Origin: Gammaproteobacteria bacterium
GTDB lineage: Bacteria; Pseudomonadota; Gammaproteobacteria; G965277405
Direction: 5' to 3'
Length of the DNA: 64,000 nucleotides
Assembly: GCA_965277405.1 (NCBI GenBank)
Contig: OZ255726.1
Span: 1,847,128-1,911,127, forward strand
Part shown: piece by piece, positions 18,142 through 26,046 of the stretch
How the letters are laid out: every line of letters starts with the position of its first letter
How positions within the stretch are numbered: position 1 is the first letter of the stretch
Position numbers and translations under genes: made by a program
Notes under the pieces: generated by a model
Seen by the model: only the letters and a program-made list of their open reading frames with translations
Told to the model about the DNA's origin: nothing
Databases searched by the model: none

Positions 18142-19922
18142 GGGCTGGGTGAGAGCGAAATACTGGTTCCTGTGCCAAGCTGGCTTTCAATCTGCAAGGT
18201 GCTGTTAAGCGTTAATGCTCGTTCGCGCATCGATATCAACCCCATGCCCTTGAGATTTGACTGCTGTACAAACCCTTTGCCATTGTCGACAATTTGCATA
18301 GAAAAGGTGTCGCCGCGCCGTTGAATATTGATGGTGATGTGGGTTGATTGTGCATGCTTAATCGCGTTATTGAGCGCTTCTGTACAAATAAGAAAAAGGT
18401 TTTCGGCTTGGTTGATAGATAGTTTATCGATCGTAGGGTCGATGGTAGTGCTGATTTGCACGTCTGTTTGCTTGGATATCTGTATGGCTTTAGCGCTGAT
18501 TGATGCAGCGACACCTTTGCTGAGTTCGATGGGTTTAATGCCATGAATCACTTGGCGGATGTTGCGGATACAGCCATCAACATCGTTGACAAGTTGTTGT
18601 TGTATTGCTACGCGAGTTTGCTTGTGTAACAGCATTTGTATTTGCAGTTTGAGTGCCACGAGCCGTTGCCCAATCCGGTCGTGCAGGTCGCGGGCGATGC
18701 GAGACCGCTCCATATCTTGAATGAGCTGCACTTGTTGATTCAGCGCAGCTACTGTATGCAGCAGCGTTATATATTTTTTGCAAGCCAATACCAACAAGAA
18801 TGCGGTTGAGATCATCTGTGATGCTACTAATGCGCCGATGTCTTCGTTGACGCGAATTGCCTCTCCTTCAAGATAACTGCCAATTGCCGGTGAGACAATC
18901 GCGATTGCACCGCAATACACTGAAGCATTGAGTTTAATTGCATTCTTATGGATTACCCATATGCTGCGAATGGCAATCCAACCCATCATCGCCATTGGGG
19001 TGGCCCAGTTTAGGATGATTAACGTATGATTAAAACCAGACCAAAGTGGTGAGAGCATCCATGCCGCAAATCCAAGCAAAATGGCAATAAATATTTTGTC
19101 TAGTATCGTGTAGGTAAATGCAAAAAAACGGATGATGAACTTTAACAACACCACCGTGCTTATTGAGCATAACACATAATAGATGCGCTGGACGTATTCG
19201 GTTTTCCAACCTAATTGATAAAACCAATTGGAACCAATTAACGATAGGATAAAGAGGATGAATATATACCAAAATAAATTTGTAAAGCGCATCTGTCCGC
19301 GTTGGCTGAGGATGATAAACAGCACAAATATGCAGGTGAATAAGAAAAAGCTGATTGAAATACCTTCGTAAATACGAATGCGTAATAGCTTGTTCATTTG
19401 TTTATTGACAAGTTCGCTGTAGCTGCCAAATGCTGGCATGGCATACACGAGTCCACCAACAGGAAAACTACTCTGCACCCGGAGAGCTAAGGTATTATTG
19501 CCTTGGTGAAATAGTTGAGCTGGGACTTGGTATAAGCGAATTGCCTTATTCGCATTAATATACTCAGGAAAAAACTGACCGTACTGGCCAATAACAGTGC
19601 CGTTGATGAATAATTTATCGACGCTATGGACGCTACCGAGGTAGATGTATACGTCTTGTTGTGGCGGTTTTGCAACGTGTAAATCCGCACGGTACCAACC
19701 CTCGCCAAACGGCTCACCCAGTCCTTGTTGTACCCAGTCTCCTGGCACTTGGATGGGCGACCATTGGCTGTCGTTGAGTTTCGTTGCCGACCATGCAAAA
19801 TCGTTACCAGCTTTAAAACGCCAATTGCTAATAGTTTGCGAGAATGCATGGGTGCTTATCAGCAGCAATACCGCAGCTATAAAAAAACGTGCAAGACACA
19901 ATTGCATCAATAACAGCAACAA
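18138..19922 (-). CDS. Sensor histidine kinase with 7TMR-DISM periplasmic and 7TM domains, HisKA_3 + HATPase
   Basis: Signal and periplasmic 7TMR-DISMED2-like segment (…WRFKAGNDFAWSATKLNDSQWSPIQVPGDWVQQG…), seven predicted TM helices, an H-box (…ARDLHDRIGQRL…) and N/G boxes. Confidence 0.8.
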   Translation of the reverse strand: MLLLLMQLCLARFFIAAVLLLISTHAFSQTISNWRFKAGNDFAWSATKLNDSQWSPIQVPGDWVQQGLGEPFGEGWYRADLHVAKPPQQDVYIYLGSVHSVDKLFINGTVIGQYGQFFPEYINANKAIRLYQVPAQLFHQGNNTLALRVQSSFPVGGLVYAMPAFGSYSELVNKQMNKLLRIRIYEGISISFFLFTCIFVLFIILSQRGQMRFTNLFWYIFILFILSLIGSNWFYQLGWKTEYVQRIYYVLCSISTVVLLKFIIRFFAFTYTILDKIFIAILLGFAAWMLSPLWSGFNHTLIILNWATPMAMMGWIAIRSIWVIHKNAIKLNASVYCGAIAIVSPAIGSYLEGEAIRVNEDIGALVASQMISTAFLLVLACKKYITLLHTVAALNQQVQLIQDMERSRIARDLHDRIGQRLVALKLQIQMLLHKQTRVAIQQQLVNDVDGCIRNIRQVIHGIKPIELSKGVAASISAKAIQISKQTDVQISTTIDPTIDKLSINQAENLFLICTEALNNAIKHAQSTHITINIQRRGDTFSMQIVDNGKGFVQQSNLKGMGLISMRERALTLNSTLQIESQLGTGTSISLSPSP

Positions 19923-20351
19923 CTAATTGCGGTTGAAAAACACTCTGTCGAGTGACAATACGCCAGCACCACGACCGATGATATATACCAAGCATGTTGC
20001 CCAAATAAGATGCGTTGCCCAAGCACTTGGGTATACGAAAATCTGGATAACCATGGTCATAATCAGCAGTGACGCTGCGCTAAAGCGTGCAGCTAGGCCG
20101 ATTACTAACAGAATTGAAAATAAATGTTCAGCATATGTTGCGAGGTATGCGGCGAGCTTAAATGGAATAATCGGCAGGTCATATTCATATTCAAACAACA
20201 ATAAAGTCGAGGGTATGATTTCGATAATGCCGTCAACTTTGGTGCGAGCTGATAACCAAAAAGGAGTGGCGACGGCAAGCCGTGCCATTAGTGCTATGAT
20301 ACTGTGGGGGATGGTGTCAGCGATACGTGCCAGTGTATATAATAGTTTCAT
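19923..20351 (-). CDS. DoxX-family membrane protein (bufferin-operon DoxX component)
   Basis: 142 aa with four TM helices in the DoxX pattern. Its stop directly abuts the HK start codon, and it is the last gene of the DUF2282-MNIO-DUF2063 cluster. Confidence 0.65.
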   Translation of the reverse strand: MKLLYTLARIADTIPHSIIALMARLAVATPFWLSARTKVDGIIEIIPSTLLLFEYEYDLPIIPFKLAAYLATYAEHLFSILLVIGLAARFSAASLLIMTMVIQIFVYPSAWATHLIWATCLVYIIGRGAGVLSLDRVFFNRN

Positions 20352-21148
20352 AATGGCAATTTTCCGCCTGGGGTGAAAGAAATCGAGCTGATTGTTCCGT
20401 CAAAAAGCACAGATTGAAGCAATATTGTTAAGTCAAAACTTGGGTGTTGCTGCAGCGTATATTCTAACGCTGCTTGCATAGTATGCTGGTTGCAATAGCA
20501 TAAAAATGTATGGTCTGCGGCTTGCAATGTGCGTACTTCTACCGCTGCATGGCAACGCAGCGCCAGTATGTGTTTTGTTGAGCCGTCAAATACAATACCT
20601 GCTACAGCAGGTGGTGATTGTTGGTGGGCCTGCCAAATTGCATCAATTGGGTGTGGTGATGTTAGTAACTGCACGCTTGCATGGAGGTTGAGTTGTGCAC
20701 GTAACAGCTGTTCACCCGCAACTTTGGCAAGGTCGCTTGGTTTGAGCACGGGGTCATCTGTGGCGTGATACGCCAAATGCAAGGCGTATTCAAGTTTGGC
20801 AACGTCTGGCAAATAACCAACAGCTTGTAACGCTGGGTGTTGTTGGATACTGCGCTCAAGAAAAGCAACAAAATCACCACCGTAGCGGATCAACGTGCCG
20901 TGGCTAGGCAGGTTATCTGGAATAAATGCCTGAGCCAGCTGGGTAAAAGTAGTTTTGCCAATCAGTTGTTGGACAACAGGGTAGAGTGATGCTAATGCTT
21001 GAATAAGCGAGTGAACCACGTTGTTACGGTACACGTTCAAACGCTGCTGTTGGAGGGTGGTATTGGCTATATCTTGCAACGCAGTATTGTCGGCAGCGTC
21101 GAGCACAGATGCAGCGAAGGTGCGCTGCCATTGTAGCAGATTATTCAT
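20348..21148 (-). CDS. bufC: DUF2063-family protein (MNIO partner; BufC-like)
   Basis: The start MNNLLQWQRTF… overlaps the DUF692 stop as TAATG. Its position and size are those of the partner subunit of the DUF692 enzyme. The longer ORF to 21298 is an overlap artefact. Confidence 0.6.
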   Translation of the reverse strand: MNNLLQWQRTFAASVLDAADNTALQDIANTTLQQQRLNVYRNNVVHSLIQALASLYPVVQQLIGKTTFTQLAQAFIPDNLPSHGTLIRYGGDFVAFLERSIQQHPALQAVGYLPDVAKLEYALHLAYHATDDPVLKPSDLAKVAGEQLLRAQLNLHASVQLLTSPHPIDAIWQAHQQSPPAVAGIVFDGSTKHILALRCHAAVEVRTLQAADHTFLCYCNQHTMQAALEYTLQQHPSFDLTILLQSVLFDGTISSISFTPGGKLPL

Positions 21149-22005
21149 TATGCTGCTGCGGATTTGATCGCTTGTAAAATCGAGTTGGCGGTTGCTGCTT
21201 CGTCCAATAGGGTTTGCAGTGGCGGAATATTGGTATCCCATTCGATGAGGGTATGTACCGCGCCACAATGCCGAATCGCCTGACGGTATAATCCCCATAC
21301 ATTATCGCAGACGCGGCATGAATGATCGTCAATCAGCAAGCGTTGCTCGTCAATTTTCTCTTCGGCATGTCCTGCCAGATGGATTTCCTTGACCGCAGTA
21401 GCAGGGATTTCGCGAATGTATGCTTGCGCGTCTAAACCATTATTGATCGTGCTGACATAGATATTATTGACGTCTAATAAAATACCAGCGCCAGTACGTT
21501 TGTGGATGTTTGTTAAAAATTCAGTTTCGCTCATCGATGATGTTTGACTTGAGAAATAGGTCGATGGGTTTTCGAGGAGCAATGTTGTGTTGAGTTGTTG
21601 CTGGACATAGTCGATATTGTCACAGACCAATTGCAGCGACTCATTGGTATACGGGATGGGTAATAAGTCGTTGAAGAATTTTGCTTCGCTATAGCTCCAT
21701 GATAAATGGTCGGAAAACATGAACGGTTGATACCGCTCTTTTAAAGCGCATAATCGCTGCAAATGTGCATGTTGTTGCCAATTTGCGCTGCCGAGTGAAA
21801 GACCAATTGAATGAAATGAAAGTGGGTAATGTTGACGAATGGCATCAAGCTGTGCTAGGGGTGTGCCGCCACCACCCATATAATTTTCAGGATGCAATTC
21901 AAGCCAGCCAATGGCTGGCTTGAACCTGAGTAAATCATCAAAATGTTTGGGCTTAAAACAAATGCCGACAATATTGGTAGTATTATTGGTATTATTTGAG
22001 TGCAT
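21148..22005 (-). CDS. bufB: DUF692 / MNIO (multinuclear non-heme iron oxidative enzyme; MbnB/BufB-like)
   Basis: 285 aa with a TIM-barrel xylose-isomerase-like pattern (…ICFKPKHFDDLL…WLELHPENYMGGGG…HLAGH…), typical of DUF692 enzymes that modify Cys-containing precursor peptides. Confidence 0.75.
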   Translation of the reverse strand: MHSNNTNNTTNIVGICFKPKHFDDLLRFKPAIGWLELHPENYMGGGGTPLAQLDAIRQHYPLSFHSIGLSLGSANWQQHAHLQRLCALKERYQPFMFSDHLSWSYSEAKFFNDLLPIPYTNESLQLVCDNIDYVQQQLNTTLLLENPSTYFSSQTSSMSETEFLTNIHKRTGAGILLDVNNIYVSTINNGLDAQAYIREIPATAVKEIHLAGHAEEKIDEQRLLIDDHSCRVCDNVWGLYRQAIRHCGAVHTLIEWDTNIPPLQTLLDEAATANSILQAIKSAAA

Positions 22006-22025
22006 TTTAGAGTCTTATAACCTTA

Positions 22026-22286
22026 TTATTTGATTGGTGCTAAACTACCTCCCGACATTTTTGCACACGAGCCGTCGAGCACCAACATCCAAGCATTGCC
22101 CTGGTTATCGACCTTACTGGTTCCTGCGCATGTTGTACCTGGACCTGCTGCGCAATCGTTTTTTCCTGCTTTGGCAACGCCATAACATTTCTCTGTGCCA
22201 TCAGCTTGCGCCGGGACAGCAACCATCGCCAATGCGGCAGTAACTGCACTCGCAACTAACAAACTTGAAGCAACTTTTTTCTGCAT
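22026..22286 (-). CDS. bufA: DUF2282 bufferin-type RiPP precursor (secreted Cys-containing peptide; BufA-like)
   Basis: 86 aa with a Sec signal peptide (…AMVAVPAQA|DG) and a core [26 protein letters not shown]…[20 protein letters not shown] holding four conserved Cys. This matches the DUF2282 consensus. Confidence 0.75.
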   Translation of the reverse strand: MQKKVASSLLVASAVTAALAMVAVPAQADGTEKCYGVAKAGKNDCAAGPGTTCAGTSKVDNQGNAWMLVLDGSCAKMSGGSLAPIK

Positions 22287-22392
22287 AATAAATTCTCGTG
22301 ATTGAATAGAAGCGCATTATAGCCAAGGGCAACACCAACGGATATTAGGGAAAACCTGTATTGTTGTATGCGGCAGATTTGGGTGCTATACA

Positions 22393-22701
22393 TTAGGGAA
22401 GCTCTGATTAAGTCGCTGATGGAGCGAGTTTGATGGTAATTGCTGATGACTGCAAGGTGCAAACCGCACGCATGCCGCTGGCTCATGGCGGAGCATATCC
22501 GCCAAGGGGTGCAACACTGCAAGCGTAAGCAATTGGCGTAAACCAAGAGTATATTGCACACGGGAACGGGGGAAACGCAGCGCGTTGTTGTTGCAGCAGC
22601 ACGTGATAATACCACCAGTATTAGCTGCGCACTGCGCTTAAGTTATCATCAGCGTTGTTGTGCCGTCTCGCCCATCATGGACTTAATCAGAGGTTCGCGA
22701 A
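22393..22701. mobile_element. MITE-like non-coding element, copy b (~310 bp)
   Basis: Ends TTAGGGAAGCTCTGATTAAGTCGCTGATGGAGCGAGTTTGATGGTAATTGCTGATGA… and …CCGTCTCGCCCATCATGGACTTAATCAGAGGTTCGCGAA, which are inverted repeats. It lies ~100 bp upstream of bufA. Confidence 0.75.
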
Positions 22702-22941
22702 TGCAAGATAAGCCAACATTTATTAGGCGCATGGTTGCAGGATTTAGCTGACGATGCGCATATGATTAGCTATATTATTGGCGTCGGTATTGAATAAACT
22801 AAGCCAATACTCGCACCAAGCTATCGGCTTCACCACCACTGGGAGATGAGAACATGTGTTTAGCAGTTTACCGCGATTATAATCTGAAGCCGCTATGACG
22901 CGGCCAAGGCAATTACTGTTACACAAACAACTCTAACCACG

Positions 22942-24096
22942 ATGAAACGCAGCCATTTTGTGGTGCTGTGCATAGGCGGCTATTTGTTAGGAGCAGGGTA
23001 CGGGGCGTCTTTTTTGATTCCACAATATGTGTCGACATTTGGTGGAGATGCTGCACTGGCTGGGCAGATTATTGGTAGCGCAACGCTCGGTACAATCATC
23101 GTAGTCCTGCTTTCAGGGCATTTTGCTGATAAGTTTGGTCTTATCCAATGCTGCACATATTCCAGTATTTTAATGGTATGTTCGATGGCGTTGTTTGCCA
23201 GCAACCATGACGTTGTGGTATTGCAAATTGCAGGTTTGTTGCTTGGTACAGGTTGGGGGTTATTTTATTGCTTGGGTGTCGTGTTGCTCGCCGCTGTTAT
23301 TCCCAAGTCGCGGCGCACGCACGCGTTTGCGTTGTTGTCTGGCATGCAAATGGCAGGCATTGGCACAGGGTCGCTGATTGGATATTGCGTCACAGCATTC
23401 GGTCAGTCCATTGCATACGCTTTCGTTATTACTGCGTGCATGGCGGGTGCGACGTTGCTGCTGTACAGCTATTTAAGCCAAGTTGTGAAAACAACAAATA
23501 TTATAGCTAACAAAGTATCTGCGGCAGCGGTTGCTGCGGTGTTGCGCGCCCAGGCGCGCTATCCCATTATTATTGTGAGTATTGGTGGCGGAATATTTGG
23601 TAGTTTTTCAACTTTCCAAGCTGATTTTGCCCACAGCCATCAGCAGCAATATGGGGTGTTTTTTATTTGTTTTGTTATTGCTGTGATTGTCGGTCGGTTG
23701 TTGTTGTCTGGAATTGTTACCAAACGCGACCCGTTGATCGCGGCGTTGCTGCTGTCGACGCTAGTGCTGGTTGCGATGTTAATGTTTGCATGGTTCATCA
23801 ACAATATTATCTGGTATGCCACAGCGTCAATCTTGTATGGTCTTGGCTACGGGCTGCTGTATTCGGTTATCAATGGTCAAGTCGCCAACGAATCACCAAG
23901 TCAATGCGTACCACAAGCAATCGCGTTGTTTAGTATGGGCTATTTTATCGGTTTATTCGGTATGCCGTTTATTGCTGGAATAGTTATTGTTGGCGCAGGA
24001 ATTCCAGTCATGGTTTGGCTTATGGTCGCACTCGCGGGGGCAAATGTTGTGATTACTAGCTATCGACTGATCGCGCATAGGCCGCACCAGTACTAG
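22942..24096 (+). CDS. MFS transporter
   Basis: 384 aa with 12 predicted TM helices and MFS motif-A-like loops. Confidence 0.7.
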   Translation: MKRSHFVVLCIGGYLLGAGYGASFLIPQYVSTFGGDAALAGQIIGSATLGTIIVVLLSGHFADKFGLIQCCTYSSILMVCSMALFASNHDVVVLQIAGLLLGTGWGLFYCLGVVLLAAVIPKSRRTHAFALLSGMQMAGIGTGSLIGYCVTAFGQSIAYAFVITACMAGATLLLYSYLSQVVKTTNIIANKVSAAAVAAVLRAQARYPIIIVSIGGGIFGSFSTFQADFAHSHQQQYGVFFICFVIAVIVGRLLLSGIVTKRDPLIAALLLSTLVLVAMLMFAWFINNIIWYATASILYGLGYGLLYSVINGQVANESPSQCVPQAIALFSMGYFIGLFGMPFIAGIVIVGAGIPVMVWLMVALAGANVVITSYRLIAHRPHQY

Positions 24097-24153
24097 GACA
24101 GCAAGTTAGTTTTCTCTTGTTTATTGTCTTCCAAGGAATTGAACACAGCAAGT

Positions 24154-24210
24154 ACAGCAAACCGTTGTATAATGCTGCTTAAGGCAACAATAAGCAGAGT
24201 TTGCTGCTGC
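24154..24210. terminator. Imperfect palindrome between convergent MFS and mutL genes (candidate bidirectional terminator)
   Basis: ACAGCAAACCG…GCTGCTTAAGGCAACAATAAGCAGAG…TTTGCTGCTG forms a long stem-loop. There is no clear U-tract. Confidence 0.3.
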
Positions 24211-24252
24211 ATCTCGAGCGTAACCTGCGAATGAATTAAAAAATATCGGCGA

Positions 24253-26046
24253 CTAATGCCCGCGCATAAACACCGCATCGAGTTCTTGCATGGTCAGTTG
24301 CACCCACGTTGGGCGGCCGTGGTTGCATTGACCGCTGCGTTGTGTCGCTTCGATTTGGCGGAGTAATGCGTTCATTTCTGGTATTTTTAACATTCTATTG
24401 GCACGAACTGCAGTGTGGCAGGCAACACTACTTAGCACTCGATCGCTGGCAGCAACAACGCGGTGTGATTTGCCATACTGTTGCAAGTCAGCGACTATAT
24501 CTTCGAGCAATGCCGCGCCGTCGTAGTTTTGCAACTGTGCAGGAATCGAGCGCAGCCAGACAAATGTAGCGCCGCAGCGGGTGATGTCTAAGCCACATGC
24601 AAACAGTATTTGTTGATATTCCTCAAGCGTTTCGATGCTATGTGCAGGCATGTCGATACGAATCGGGGTGAGGAGTTGTTGTACCGCAATGGTGTGGGAA
24701 TGCTGTAGTTTGAGCTGTTCATACAAAATGCGCTCGTGGGCTGCGTGCATATCGACAATCACCATGCCGTTATTATTTTCTGCCAAAATATATACACCAT
24801 GAATCTGCCCAACTGCAAACCCAAGGGGCGGTATATCGTCAGTCGACTTTGGCAGGTCGATGGTAGTTTGTGGCTCGGTTGTGGCGTATGCAGCATTGGG
24901 TTGCTGCGTACCCATGACTGCAGCAGGTCGCCAACTAGCAGCCGCGCGCTCACCTACACCAGGGTATTGCAAGCCGATAGTACTTTGAATTGCCTGTGGA
25001 GTGGGTGGTTTAAGCAACTGTGCTCCAGATTGAGCGGTGGATGGACTGGGCTGCGCTAAGATTGATTGTAGCGTTGATTTAATAAAGTCATACAACAGTC
25101 GACTCTGCTCAAAACGCACTTCATGCTTGCTTGGATGGACATTGACATCAACAGATTCTGCCGGGAAACTAAGAAACAGCACGTATGCTGGATAGCGCCC
25201 GTTGTGCAATACGTCGCGGTATGCGCTACGAATCGCATGGCTTATCATCGGGTCGCGAATCCATCGACCATTCAAAAAAATATATTGTACGTCTGCTTGG
25301 CTGCGCGAAAATGCTGGCATTGCCACCCACCCTGAAAGAGCTAATTCACCGCGGCTGCTATCTATTTCTAATGCGTGATCGACAAAACTCTGCCCGCATA
25401 AAGAGACAAGACGTTGTTCCTCGCCAACCTTATCCAACGCTTTGCCGAGCGAGAGAATCTGTTTGTGGTTATGGGTCAAGCTAAAGGCAATACGCGGATG
25501 CGATAATGCTAGGCGGATTATCATTGCTTCACATTGTTTAAACTCGGAGCGTTCTTGGCGAAGAAACTTGCGGCGCGCAGGCACATTATAAAACAGGTTC
25601 GCCACAGTAACCCTTGTCCCTTCATTCGCTGCAGTCGGTGCGACTTCGCCATGACTATTGATTTGCCAGCCGTCTTGGCTGCCTTGAGGCCGAGAGATGA
25701 TTGTGGTGCGCGCAACAGATGCAATACTCGCGAGTGCTTCACCGCGAAAACCAAGGCTGGTGATATTACGTAAATCATCAATAGCCGTTATTTTGCTCGT
25801 GGCATGACGCAAGATTGATAATGGCAGTTGCTGGCGGTCAATGCCAATGCCATCATCGTGCACTTGAATACAATCACAACCTCCACCATTTAAGATAATA
25901 TCGATTGACTGCGCCGCCGCATCGATGCTGTTTTCCACGAGTTCTTTGATAATCGACGCAGGCCTATCTATTACCTCTCCAGCGGCAATTTGATTGATGA
26001 CTTGTTGGGGTAGTTGTTGAATGTTTGCCATTATTGTCGCAGCCAA
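24253..26046 (-). CDS. mutL: DNA mismatch repair protein MutL
   Basis: N-terminal GHKL ATPase motifs (…IAAGEVIDRPASIIKELVENSIDA…) and a C-terminal dimerisation domain. Its start overlaps the upstream sulfatase gene's 3' end by 16 bp. Confidence 0.9.
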   Translation of the reverse strand: MAATIMANIQQLPQQVINQIAAGEVIDRPASIIKELVENSIDAAAQSIDIILNGGGCDCIQVHDDGIGIDRQQLPLSILRHATSKITAIDDLRNITSLGFRGEALASIASVARTTIISRPQGSQDGWQINSHGEVAPTAANEGTRVTVANLFYNVPARRKFLRQERSEFKQCEAMIIRLALSHPRIAFSLTHNHKQILSLGKALDKVGEEQRLVSLCGQSFVDHALEIDSSRGELALSGWVAMPAFSRSQADVQYIFLNGRWIRDPMISHAIRSAYRDVLHNGRYPAYVLFLSFPAESVDVNVHPSKHEVRFEQSRLLYDFIKSTLQSILAQPSPSTAQSGAQLLKPPTPQAIQSTIGLQYPGVGERAAASWRPAAVMGTQQPNAAYATTEPQTTIDLPKSTDDIPPLGFAVGQIHGVYILAENNNGMVIVDMHAAHERILYEQLKLQHSHTIAVQQLLTPIRIDMPAHSIETLEEYQQILFACGLDITRCGATFVWLRSIPAQLQNYDGAALLEDIVADLQQYGKSHRVVAASDRVLSSVACHTAVRANRMLKIPEMNALLRQIEATQRSGQCNHGRPTWVQLTMQELDAVFMRGH

